From: Camelus ferus
Lineage: Eukaryota
Length of the DNA: 64,000 nucleotides
Assembly (NCBI RefSeq): GCF_009834535.1
Contig: NC_045716.1
Span: 22,692,001 to 22,756,000 of the forward strand
Direction: 5' to 3'
Part shown: positions 1 to 11,610 of the stretch, one piece after another
How the letters are laid out: each line of letters starts with the position of its first letter
Numbering within the stretch: position 1 is the stretch's first letter
Translations under genes and position numbers: made by a program
The notes under the pieces: model-generated
Seen by the model: only the letters and a program-made list of their open reading frames with translations
Told to the model about the DNA's origin: nothing
Database searches by the model: none

Positions 1-75
1 CCCATTTTGTTTCTTCTTTTTCTTTTGAATCCCAACGTCCCTCTTCTCCCTTTCCCTTCTCCCCCACCTTTCTAT

Positions 76-238
76 TGTATAGCACAGGGAACTATATTCA
101 GTATTTTGTAGTAACATATAATGAAAAAGAATATAAAAACAAATATATTTATGTATACGTATGACTGAAACATTATGCTATACGCCAGAAATTGACACAA
201 CACTGTAAGCTGACACTTCAATTAAGAAAAAAAAAGAA
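76..238 (+). mobile_element. LINE-1 3' end fragment with A-tail
   Basis: tgtatagcacagggaactatattcagtattttgtag...gaaattgacacaacactgtaagctgac...A-tail resembles laurasiatherian L1 3' termini. Confidence 0.7.
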
Positions 239-594
239 ATAGGGAACTGCTACAATCTTCCATCAAAGTTTAATCAGTTTTGCAAAAGCGTTAAAATTGG
301 CTGTCATTGATTCTGTCTCTTCAAACATAATAGCAAACAACGTTCAACACGATGAGTGTTCTATAAATGTTAACTCATTGTTTTAAGAAGATTCAGTCTG
401 TCCAAAGCTAATCCTCTCCTAGAGCTTTCCCCTACTACCCAACTCAACACCTCTACACTCAAGTCTCCTTAGGAAGACGAAAGAGGGTATCTTAGCCTGC
501 CCCAAACCTCTGGGTATCACAGAAAGGAATTACTGTATACATGTGCTGGGGTTGCAGAAAAGTTTGGTTAGGATACATCATGTTTCTTACTTAC

Positions 595-766
595 CATACT
601 GTGATGAGAAAACGTGTTCCCTGAAGCAGGCTGTGATATGGCACTCTGCTTCGAGTTACTGAACACCAGAGGCTGGGCAAGAGAAGGAGCCTGAGATGGA
701 TCCAGATTAGAAGAATCACTCTCCATTGAAGACGGTGATTTCCCCAACAGAACAGCAAGGTCAATT
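595..766 (-). CDS. UBAP2L: UBAP2L coding exon (~exon 11, 172 nt): IDLAVLLGKSPSSMESDSSNLDPSQAPSLAQPLVFSNSKQSAISQPASGNTFSHHSM
   Basis: Translation matches recalled UBAP2L; ctag acceptor at 767-768 and gtaagt donor at 594-589; gene continues off the left edge. Confidence 0.96.
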
Positions 767-1254
767 CTAGTGGAGAGATGGGATCTTGATGAATAACAAC
801 AGAAATTCTAGCATTCCCCAACACCCAACTCAGGATATGGTTAGTTCAAAATCAAGTCACTCCTCAGAGACACAAAGCCCTGAAATGCTTAATTCATCAA
901 AATAACTGATGTATAAGAGCTATGATAGTATCTAGCTGTGTTCCAATGAGGTTGCCATCCATGATAATGTTATTTAAATAATTTTAGTGAAATTAACTTA
1001 ATGAAATATCTAATGTTAGTTTTAATTCAGCAGCTCGCTAACTGGGTGAAAATTTACAAATTTGTACCCATGATTTTAATACTGAATACCTGTTATTACT
1101 AGTATCTAAGATACATAAAACTGCATGTTAGAATGCTGGCATCTTCAAGTGGCTTTGAAACAAGAAGGGTTTGGGAAATTTTTTCCCCCAATTTTTATAA
1201 AATTTCAAGTTACTTGTGGTACAATGAAGATATATATTAGAGGTTTTGCAAATT

Positions 1255-1980
1255 TCCTGAGTAATACGAGGGTCTTTCATTATTGGTAGTTGGTCCCCTT
1301 TCAACCAGGGTTTATGCTTGTAAAGTTATTCAGGATGGGTCCCCACAGAGTTTCAGGAAGCAGGCTGGTCACCAGAAACATGGAGAAAGTAATTAGAGGC
1401 TTGGAACTTTCAGCCCCACCACATTCCACTCAATTCTAGGGAGGGAAGGGGAGCTGGGGATTGAATTCAATCACCAATGACTTAATTAATCATGCCTATG
1501 TAATGAAACTTTGATTAAAAACTCTTGAACAATGAGGTTCAGTGAGCTACCCATGTGCTGGGAGGGCAGCACAAAGCAGAGAGCTTAGAAGCTCTGTGTA
1601 CCCACCCCTCCATACCCTGCCCCTATGCATCTCTTCCATTTGGCTGTTTCTGAGTACCTGTTGTAATAAAGTGGTAACAATTAAAACTCTTTCCTGAGTT
1701 CTCTGAGTCATTCTAGCAAATCACTGAACCTGAGGAGGGGACTGTCAGAACCATCAAATTTGCTGTCAACTGGACATAAATGTGTGGGTAGCCTGGGCAC
1801 CCATTTGCAGCTGACCTCTGAAGCAAAGGCAGTCTTGTGGTACTGAGCTGTCAACTTGGGTCTGTGCTAACTCTGGAGATTCTGGAGAATCTGTCAGAAT
1901 TGAATTAAACTGCTGAACACCTAGCTGATGTCAAACTGCAGAACTGGTGCGGAAAAAAAAATCACAGCTATTTGGTATCA
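1255..1980 (+). mobile_element. MER21-family (ERVL) solo LTR, antisense to UBAP2L
   Basis: ccctatgcatctcttccatttggctgtttctgag...aataaa...ttcctgagttctctgagtcattctagc...tgtcagaattgaattaa matches recalled MER21B/C consensus. Confidence 0.7.
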
Positions 1981-2619
1981 TAAAAAAAAAAAACACACAC
2001 ATTACCTCTGATAATAACATCCTTAACATTTTATTCATCTCATACTTCTCTTTAAGACATTCTGAGTCAACAGCTATCATACCCAGATCTAGAAATAATC
2101 CAAGACATTTTTAGAGGATAAAAATATTCCCTGACAAGTATATCCTCCTCTACTGATCCCAATGAAATATGTTCAAGTTCTAAAAAGTTCATTAGCCAGA
2201 TCCTAGGGAAAAAAATTAATCACCATACTTAATGGGCTGAGCAGATCATAATTATAAAGCTAGAGAAGAAGCTACTGAAGAATTCTGCAAATTCAGAAAT
2301 AAAAACTTTCCACCTTTAGCTTTTCTTTACCTGATTTACTGTAAGTTTATATTGTTCTAAGTTTTAATCAATGCCTGTGACGCTGACAAGAATGACCTAT
2401 GTAATTAAAGGGCTATTTGGAGAATTAGCTTTAAAATTATATATGGATTTCCATTTATTAGATTAACTAGTATCAACTCTTCTAAATCTATGAATCAACT
2501 AAATAGGAACCTAATGTGATTTGCTCATTATTACCAACACCATGGGAGTTTGTAAGGGCCCACTGCCACTCTTCCTCACCACTAGCCTAGTAGGTCTAGA
2601 CCCCTTTGGGAAAGAATAC

Positions 2620-2751
2620 NNNNNNNNNNNNNNNNNNNNNNNNNNNNNNNNNNNNNNNNNNNNNNNNNNNNNNNNNNNNNNNNNNNNNNNNNNNNNNNNN
2701 NNNNNNNNNNNNNNNNNNNNNNNNNNNNNNNNNNNNNNNNNNNNNNNNNNN
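2620..2751 (-). other. UBAP2L: N-run inferred to hide UBAP2L exon 10 (~86 nt, LSETKIFTASN...GQR)
   Basis: Exon is absent elsewhere between exons 9 and 11; a minus-strand GT (gtattc) abuts the gap at 2619-2618; splice phases are compatible. Confidence 0.8.
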
Positions 2752-4329
2752 GGTGTTAGGCAGGTTACAGTCAGAAACCCGGCATAGGTAAGAATTCAGC
2801 ATCAAGAAAAAGGGGAAAACCCTTAGAGGAGAGAACTATTTACCCTGTGGAATCCTAAGTGGATTGACCTTCCAAGACCCTTCTATATACGCACAATGGT
2901 TTCATCAAAAGAGAAGGTAAAATCAAGAAACCCAGTAACATCTAGTGAATCACATAATATGCACGCTGAACTTAGAGGAAGATGAATACACGAGACAGAG
3001 AAAGAGAAAGCCCCTTTATATATTTCCACTGTAGGTTCCCAACTCCTATTTCTAACCAAACTATATTTTCCACTATTCCTCTCAAGAAAAGGAAGATCAC
3101 AGCCAACATGAAGACAGAAATAAATTAATTCTTGGCTTTTGATCGGTACAGGCCCAAGTGCTGGTGAGTTAAGATCGTTAGATCGTCTCAGGGGTAATTT
3201 TAACAATATGCAATTTTTGACTTAATACTAATTTTATCATACCTAGTCTCTCCACCATTAAAACATTAAAATTAGGTAAGCAATTGCAGGGACTAACTCT
3301 TCCTACTATTCAAAAGTTGGTTTGTTTCTCTTGTTTTTGTTTTACTTTTTTGATTAAAATCTCCCTGTGAAAAAACAGAGAATCCACCCCCCCAATATGC
3401 CATTCTCTGAAAGGAGCTTAAGCAGACAAGCCAAATCTTAGAAAGTATTCACAAGGCAATCTAGCTTAACTGTAACAGAAAAGAATCCCCCTCTGATGCT
3501 GATGCATCTGAAATTTTAAACCTCAGGCCTGGCAACCAAAACAGTTTGACACATCATTTCCTATTACCTGAAAGTTGATTTAATTGATATTCCTGCCTGA
3601 ATAAATACAAGTATAGGAAAGTTTATCCATGATCATGGAATTCACAGCAACAGCTGGCAGTGACCAGGGACCAGCAGAGTTCTTTTACTCAGGTACTACT
3701 CCGGTGAATTCAGAGAGCTTGTTTCTGTGCCACCCATCTATGAGGCTTCCAAGTTGAGTCAAGCTGGAAGATAGCCAAACCTACATATTCACCTCAACTA
3801 TAATCACCAAGTTGGGCTTTAATTAAAAAAAAAAAAAAAAAAAAAAGGTTCCAGAGCCAACCAGGTTGCAAATTTAAGGACTTGATACTTAACTCTCACT
3901 CTGTACCCACCTCTAAGCCAATTACAGGGCCATACACCAATGCTTGAATGTGAACCAAATAACTGATTTGCTCCAAGGAGAGTCATGTGTCACCAGCAGT
4001 TGTTACTCAATGCACTGCCTGCCTAACTCCATTTCTAGTGCTCTNNNNNNNNNNNNNNNNNNNNNNNNNNNNNNNNNNNNNNNNNNNNNNNNNNNNNNNN
4101 NNNNNNNNNNNNNNNNNNNNNNNNNNNNNNNNNNNNNNNNNNNNNNNNNNNNNNNNNNNNNNNNNNNNNNNNNNNNNNNNNNNNNNNNNNNNNNNNNNNN
4201 NNNNNNNNNNNNNNNNNNNNNNNNNNNNNNNNNNNNNNNNNNNNNNNNNNNNNNNNNNNNNNNNNNNNNNNNNNNNNNNNNNNNNNNGGGATAGAAGGTA
4301 CTAATGAGGAATGACCTAGGAATACCTAC

Positions 4330-4382
4330 ATCTTCATTCCAATCTTCAGTTCCCCACTCCTCTGTTGCAGTCCTCCATGCAC
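4330..4382 (-). CDS. UBAP2L: UBAP2L exon 9 (53 nt): SAWRTATEEWGTEDWNED
   Basis: Translation match; cccag acceptor and gtaggt donor. Confidence 0.96.
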
Positions 4383-6234
4383 CTGGGAATAAAGGGAAAA
4401 CAATGAAGGAGCTTTAAGTGCCAGTACAAAGCATGTGCAGAAATCACTAATGTGTTCAACTTTTTGGCAGCCAAAAGTGTAACCAGAATTTAGTAATAAG
4501 AAGGGATTCTTGGGCTTCAGCGGGAGGAAGACATTTTTTAGAAAGGGATGCCTCAGAACACCAGGGTTTTAATAAGATTATTATTTCACAGCTACTTTCA
4601 GTTGTTTCATAGCTGTAACAGGACAGGGGAGCGAGAGAGCAACAGAAAGAGAGGAAAAGAGAAAAACAAAGTGCAAGAAAGAGCAAGACTCCAATGGGCC
4701 CAATGCGCCAAGCAATCTCCCTTCAGCCTTCTGACTTACTGGTTAGGTCAATGAAATGGGAGCAGACAATTTAAACCAAAACATGCAAACTACACCTATT
4801 TGGTATAAGACAATGCTGCAGGCAGTCCAAAGAGATGGCAGCAGTGATAGAAGAACAAACATGGTTGCCACATGATAGTGAAAGGGCAGTGAAGAAGGAA
4901 AGCCCTGAAATCCAAACTGAGAGTACTGACACCCAACTGCTGTGGGGATTGAATTTAAAATGCACACTCAGCAGAAGTCAAGTGTATAGATTGCACTGGT
5001 TTAACTACAAGAAACCCTGAAGGATCTGTTCTTTCAGAAGACACTGGATGAGACTGAAAAATCAAGTATATGTATTAGCTATCGTACTAGTCCTAACCAC
5101 AGAACATGAAACCCGACCTGCCAAGGTCATGGTACAGATAATACATTCTCCTCATGTCGGTAATAATGTTGTTGGGATACAGTTTCTATAGAAGTCTGTA
5201 AGCAATCAAACCACCTTCCATAATCCCCCGGTTTTGCTTCATATATATAAGTATCCTCAGAAAGGGAACCTGCCTTTTCTTAACAAATATGGGTGAGTTT
5301 TTAATAGACCCAGAAGTCTTCCCTTCAACCAAAGGAAAACACTAAGAAATAAGAACCTATCTGTAGAAAGGACAAGAAAACTCCTTATTTTCTTCTCTAG
5401 AGTAACAGTATATATTTAATAATTCTTAAAGTATTCTCTTCAAATGGAGAAAACATTACAAGAATGAAAGTCTGGCATTCAAATAGTGTCACTGAAGAGA
5501 CACGTTCAAAAATTTACAAAATCTATCTGAAATTCTTCTAAACATTTAATAATGAAAAATTCTCTTTCCTAGAGAAAAATGTTTAGTGCAGTGCCTTTCC
5601 CAGGACAATGTTAAAACTGTACCAGGGAAATTTCAAACCACTTAATAATGACAACATTCTCCAAATCAAACTGAAGTCCAATCTCAGTTTAGACAAATTA
5701 CAAACCACATTCTTCTGTCTTTGGTGATATACCATTCTTCCTCCCCATTGACATCCATCCCACCCTGTCTAACAGAAATTCAAAATCTGGGTTAACACAT
5801 AAATACAATCTTAGAGCTAGAAGTGACCAGCTAAGTTTTTTACTATTGACAGGTTATTTCTCAATGCAAGAATTCTTTCCCCCCTGCACTCTAGCAATTG
5901 CATCTGGAATGGAAAGGAAGGCTGTAGAAAGCTACCCAGTACCTTCCTATATAGGACATATAGTCATGGCTGAGGAGGACTACACTGATAAGCATTTAGG
6001 AGCAGAAAGAGTTCAAATAGTGTGAACAGATTACAGGGAACAGACGATGTAAATGTTAAGTATTCATTAAATAAACTATAATTTTTTTAAGGAGAAAAAA
6101 AGGCATAAAATATAAGAGAAAAGGGCAGAAAGATAAAAAGCAGGAAAACAGAAAAATGACATATCCACAGATATTTCAGTTCATAAAAATCTATTAAAAT
6201 ATCCGGGGCAGTTAGGCGCCTGGATGTATCATAC

Positions 6235-6294
6235 CAGGAGCAGTCTCAAATTTTCGGGGATAATTTGACCCCTCAACCCCAATGAAATCAAGTC
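6235..6294 (-). CDS. UBAP2L: UBAP2L in-frame 60-nt cassette exon: RLDFIGVEGSNYPRKFETAP
   Basis: tttcag acceptor after a long T tract, gtatga donor, phase 1-1; peptide matches the 20-aa insert I recall in mouse Ubap2l. Confidence 0.88.
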
Positions 6295-8095
6295 CTGAAA
6301 CAAAAAAGAAAAGAAAAAAAACAACCGGTGAAATTTTGCTTGTGAATGAGAAATGTCTGCCCCCAATACACAATTCCCACTGTACCTGTGGATATTTTAA
6401 GGGTAGATTGGAGTTTCTTTTTAAATTAAAAAGGGAATTTGAAGTTTGCTATCATGAAAACACAAAAAGAGATCATGCATGAAGGTAAGTTCGTATCATG
6501 AAACTAACAATGATGGGAATGTATGAAACTACACCCAACACTTTCACACTAACGAAATAACAGCAGCATCAAATAATTTTTCTTTCAGCGACAAGTCAAA
6601 GATTTCTGATTCTAGCCCCCAAATATGGTATTCTCTACCATATATAAATACAAACCTCTCCCTTCCCTCTTTTTCCAACCAGATCCTTATTGGAAACAAC
6701 TAAGGCTTGCAATCTAGGACTGGGACTCCGTGCCTGATTTTCTATCCGTGACTGAAAACAAATCCCTCAACTTCCATTATCTTTCCTGCCGATGATAAAA
6801 AGCCAAACATCCAAGAACTAACTAGAGCTCAAAAACTGACTTTTGCTGTATGGACTGTTACCTCTGCTCTATAAAGCCATCAAGAGATGAATGAAGAGCA
6901 GTTCTCATGCCTCCAAAGTACACTAAGTTAGAAAAGGATACTTCATAGCCAAATAGTAAGAGGGAATTAAAAAAGGTATCTTGCCAATAACTCAACTTTG
7001 GCCTCCATCAATGAGAAATTTGTGTTCAAAATGAGTTTAAAAGATAGCTTGATGAACAAAAAGCAAGTAACATTTAGGACCTGAGGTATAGCTCTTGTGG
7101 GCAGCAGATGAGAAGCCGTTTGTGCCAAAGACCCTCCTAAAGACGCAAGACTAGGATCACTGACCTTCGAAAGGGAACAAGGCAAATTTAAACAGGTTAG
7201 GAGTCAAAAAGTCTCTTTCACAGTGTTATTACTGACCCATTCCCCTCTCCTCCCTTTATAAGAGGAAAAAGTCTCAGGTTTTCCACATGTTGGCTCAGCC
7301 AGAAGGTAGCTGATCTCATCAGAAGAAAGTACTCTGGAACCCAGAAGCTGCTCTTACTTACAGTAGTAAAAATACCTTTAACTCACAAACACATCTTGGT
7401 GTATGCCAGAGGCCTAACACATTCTTAAATATACACACCCTACCCAGATATGCACCAAAGTCAGCTAGCAAACTCCGTAATACTCTACCACACTTAGAAG
7501 ACTATCCAACAAAGAGAGCTGAGAAGTCTCCAAATTTCCTTCTTGCCCAGATATTGAGATTTCCCAAAATTGAAGGGAAAATAACATTGCTATCTTGGTA
7601 CCGAAAAACAAATAAACTGACAGTGGGCTTTTGTTCTGGGCCCTGTTAATCTCTATAGTGGCTTGATTAATTAATTCTAAGTATCTTTCAAAAGGAAAAG
7701 CTAGCAAGCCTAACAGAAACACTAGAAAACACAACCGGAGCTAATGGCAGCCACACGGTATAATGAAAAGAGTACAGGCTTTTAGAGTCAAACAATTTTG
7801 AATTCAAATACTAGCAAATTTGACAACCAGCATTGCAGCCTAAGTCTTGTCATCTGGACAGTGATGATAAATAACACTTTATTTCATAAAACAGTGATGA
7901 AGATCACGTGAAATAGTGCATATAATATGCCCACTGGCACACAGTAAATAAAGAAAATACACAGTAATTCAATTGCCATACCTTTCTCTCCCTGTCTCAG
8001 CACTCAAAAACCATTCCTCCATTTTTTCATGTGACTATAACCTCAAAAAAAATTATTTCCTTAGGTTCCCAGAGACAAATAAAGCAGTCACTCAC

Positions 8096-8208
8096 TTGTC
8101 CCATCATCTGGTTCAAAGTGGCCAGTGTTGTTCCATGTACTGCCGCTGTTATTGCCGTAGGTCTCATCAGTGTTGGCCGGCTCTGCGTAATCAGCTGGGT
8201 TAAAGGTT
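8096..8208 (-). CDS. UBAP2L: UBAP2L exon 8 (113 nt): TFNPADYAEPANTDETYGNNSGSTWNNTGHFEPDDGT
   Basis: Translation match (TFNPADY motif); ccag acceptor and gtgagt donor. Confidence 0.96.
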
Positions 8209-8726
8209 CTGGTGGGCGGGAGAGAAAAAAAGCTTAAAAGAGTCTCTGAGCTCTAGGCAGCACCAGTAAAAATTAACAAAAAGGAGGGCAATCAGAATCT
8301 AGACTCTTTTCTAGTACAGATCAACCATGGCTCCATTCTGTATAATCTTATACGCTATCTACTTCTCCTCATTTACTAGCCTACCTAAAGTTTCATGGTG
8401 AAATAATTTTAATTTATAAAACTACTATCCATTTTGGGCTAGGACATCAATAATAATAAAATTCACATGGAGATTTTGGGAAAACAGCAGGTATATGTAT
8501 TTAAATGAAGATATTAAGATAAAGAAAATAATTCAGGTGGTAAATGCTAAGTCTCCCAAAAATAAGCCCTATGCCTACGTTCTGATTAAACAGTCTAGAA
8601 ATCTTTCTGATTGAATTTTGGTTACGGTTGCCTATTATCCTCAGGATACCAGAATGTTAGCCACTCTAAGACATTATGATAAGCCTAGGGGAAAACAGTC
8701 TTTGACATCAGATCAATGAAACTTAC

Positions 8727-8772
8727 CCCATGCCTTGAGCAGAAAACCTTCCTCCCCGCCTACCAGAGCCAC
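8727..8772 (-). CDS. UBAP2L: UBAP2L exon 7 (46 nt): GGSGRRGGRFSAQGMG
   Basis: Translation match; ttag acceptor and gtaagt donor. Confidence 0.95.
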
Positions 8773-9207
8773 CTAAAAAAAGAGAAAAAGAGGAAGAGAG
8801 AAATACTTTAGAAGTTGATATAAAACTACATTGCCAACTGAGGCAGCTTTGGAAAGTGGGTATCATCAGATGTTCCTTCTCTCACTCTGTAGCACATCAG
8901 TTAATATAATACAGTAGGACAATCATTATTGACAAGACTGTTCTGCTGCTGCTCTCTGCTGATCAAACGGTTGGATCCTCAAGCAAATAGTTAATAGCAA
9001 TGATAAAGACTACAGAAAATGGCATCTACCTCCTCCCCACTGTCCACTCAGTAATCTCTAGAATTTGCATGACACCTCAGTAATTCAGGTATCCAGACTC
9101 CACGTGAATTTGTCTGTTTTTAAACAGAGTAGACCCCTACTCTAATAAGAGTACCTTGTCCCCAGTATCCATCCCCCCCACTCCCCCACCCCCAACAAAA
9201 TGATCAC

Positions 9208-9303
9208 CTCTGCCTCGGCCACGACCTCTTCTGCCTCTTTCTGTGCCTCTTCCAGAAGGCCCTCCACTCTTGGTGCCATCTAATCCATTTTCCTGACCCC
9301 GAA
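9208..9303 (-). CDS. UBAP2L: UBAP2L exon 6 (96 nt), RGG region: RGQENGLDGTKSGGPSGRGTERGRRGRGRGR
   Basis: Translation match; ttcag acceptor and gtgatc donor. Confidence 0.96.
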
Positions 9304-9707
9304 CTGAAATTAAAAAAAAAAAAAACAGAACAAAACACCACAGATGGCCAGAGCAAAGTCAATAGAAAATATATAAATATATAAATGGTATGTATATATG
9401 GTGGTAGGGGAACAAAAACAAAGAAGAGAGAATGATCTGGAAGGATGGGACATGCTGGTCACCAGGGTAATGGTGATGACCACAACAGAGAGCTGTAAGT
9501 CAATTTTATAAATGACTACAGGGTAATTTCATGCCAAACTGGTGACCATTGCTAGAAAGAGATGCCAAGGTCTCAAAACAGATGGCAGTAAGAAAAAGTC
9601 AAATGGGTGATATAGTGGTTACTAGGTCTAACCTAGCAGGGCCCTGACATCCCTGAAGCCTAGACATTACTAACCCACAGCTGGTTTTGTTAAAGCCCCA
9701 TGCATAC

Positions 9708-9876
9708 ATTCTCGTCCACGGCTGGCACCTCTCCCTCGTCTTGGTGGCCCACCACGTCGCCGACTGTAGTCTCTGTCCCGGTCTCGATTTTCTTTGCCCT
9801 CCTCATTGGATTCCGTTTGGCCACCATCCTTCTGTCCTGAGACTCCCTTCTTCTTCCCGACCATCTCCCAGGAATG
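9708..9876 (-). CDS. UBAP2L: UBAP2L exon 5 (169 nt): HSWEMVGKKKGVSGQKDGG...RGRGASRGRE; optional 33-nt extension to 9675
   Basis: ORF track 9670..9909 and hand translation; tcag acceptor; donors gtatgc (9707) and gttagt (9674). Confidence 0.97.
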
Positions 9877-11007
9877 CTGAAGATGGGCAGAAAATTCATG
9901 TCTAATCAATATAGACTGCTATCAGGAAACCAGAGATAAAAGCTGGGACAATTGCTAACCATTTTCCTCTCAGCATGCATATCTAAGGTATGTCTATCAG
10001 TTTACTTCTGTAAATGGAGGATATAGAAGAACCTCAAAACAAATTCTACACCTATCACTAAAAAGTTGAGGTGTTCATAGCAAATGGATTGCAAGGATCA
10101 CTTCCAAAAAGGTCACCAAGATCTCTATCCAGTTCAGTCACTTGGACCAGTTTAGTCAAAGGACATAGTTACTTACTGGTCCTTATCTTTCAAGTGTTTC
10201 CCTAGCTGAAAAAACGGATTCCCTTCAGATTTAGTGACTCCCAATTTTTTAGTTTTATTCATGTCAAATAAAACAAAACAAAACTGAATGTTTCTAAAAG
10301 TTAACTTTGAATTCAAAATGAATGAACAGAATTTGACTCCTGGGTACATTCTTTAATTAAGCAACCCAGAATTTAAGAGGAAAACAACTATACCTACTCC
10401 CCAAACCACCCACTTCATAACACCAGTTTCTTTATTTAAAAGAAGACCACATAGCAGTCAGAAAGCACAGCCCCAGCCCTGGGACATGTTGAGTATAGGC
10501 AGCCTTTGTTCCAGGTTTTATCCACTGTGTTGTCTTTATACTTCCTAGATTGATATAATCCAATTCAACCTTCCTCAAAGCGGTTCATTCCGGATTACAG
10601 AAGGAAATATTTTCAGTAAGGAAAATAAGCTAAACAGTCTTGCAAAACACTAATTCCTCAGGCAAATGCATTTCATAAATTTAAAGTTTTCAATACACAT
10701 ACACCTTGATTTATACCTTTTTTGCAGAAAACGTATACAAATACAAGTACCAGCAAAGACTATCAGATCTTTACTCTCCTAGTTATGATATAACTCGAAC
10801 TACAATGGCCCTGCTGCTCATCAATAGCTACCTAATATCTAATAACCTTAAGAATATGGAATAGTAATATGAAATTACTATTAATTCTCTCAGGATTGAT
10901 AATAATATTGTGGTCATATAAAAGAGCATCCTTCTTTAAGGGAAACATGCTGAAAATTTAAGGGATAAAGTAAATACTATGATATCCACAACTTATTTCC
11001 AAATAAT

Positions 11008-11435
11008 CCCAAGTGTCTACCAATGGATGAGTAGATAAACAAAATGTGCTATATACATGTAACAGAATATTATTCAGCTTTAAAAAGGAGTGAAATTCTG
11101 TCACAAGTCACAATATAGATAAACCTTGAAAACATCATGCTAAATGAAGTAAGACACAAAAGAACAAATACTGTATGATTCCACTTACATGAGGTACCAA
11201 GAATAAGCAAAGTCACGGAAACAGAAAATAGAAGAGGTTACCAGGATTGGAAGGAGGGGGATATGGGGAGTTAATTGTTAACTGGATATNNNNNNNNNNN
11301 NNNNNNNNNNNNNNNNNNNNNNNNNNNNNNNNNNNNNNNNNNNNNNNNNNNNNNNNNNNNNNNNNNNNNNNNNNNNNNNNNNNNNNNNNNNNNNNNNNNN
11401 NNNNNNNNNNNNNNNNNNNNCACAATTTAAAATTT
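11008..11435 (+). mobile_element. L1MB-like LINE-1 3' fragment (contains N-run 11290-11420)
   Basis: aatggatgagtagataaacaaaatgtg...aaatactgtatgattccacttacatgaggtacc is typical old L1 3' sequence. Confidence 0.75.
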
Positions 11436-11472
11436 TTTAAGTTCAAAGGAAGTAAATTTATAACTATAGTAT

Positions 11473-11610
11473 GGGGACGGGATAGCTCAAGTGGTAGAGC
11501 GCATGTGTTGCATGCAAGAGGTCCTGGGTTCAATTCCCATTCCCTCTTCTAAAAACAAGAAAATAAATAAACCTAATCACCACCCCCCAAAAAACTAAAA
11601 AATAAAACAC
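11473..11610 (+). mobile_element. Vic-1-type tRNA-derived SINE with target-site duplication aactatagta (11462-11471 / 11615-11624)
   Basis: A-box tagctcaagtggtagagc, B-box ggttcaattccc, tail aaataaataaacctaatcac. Confidence 0.85.

Noticed and set aside
2605-2619. GTATTCTTT donor as a U12-type 5' splice site
   Set aside because: It differs from GTATCCTT at +5, and no TCCTTAAC-like branch site precedes the exon 11 acceptor
3825-3846. Poly-A tracts (A22 here, A23 at 14706-14728) as ends of retrocopies
   Set aside because: No upstream mRNA-like body or target-site duplication is recognisable
11473-11545. tRNA-like heads (also at 38613, 54479, 55157, 55581, 56846, 62793) as tRNA genes
   Set aside because: Mutated A/B boxes, shared non-tRNA tails, A-rich ends and target-site duplications identify them as SINEs
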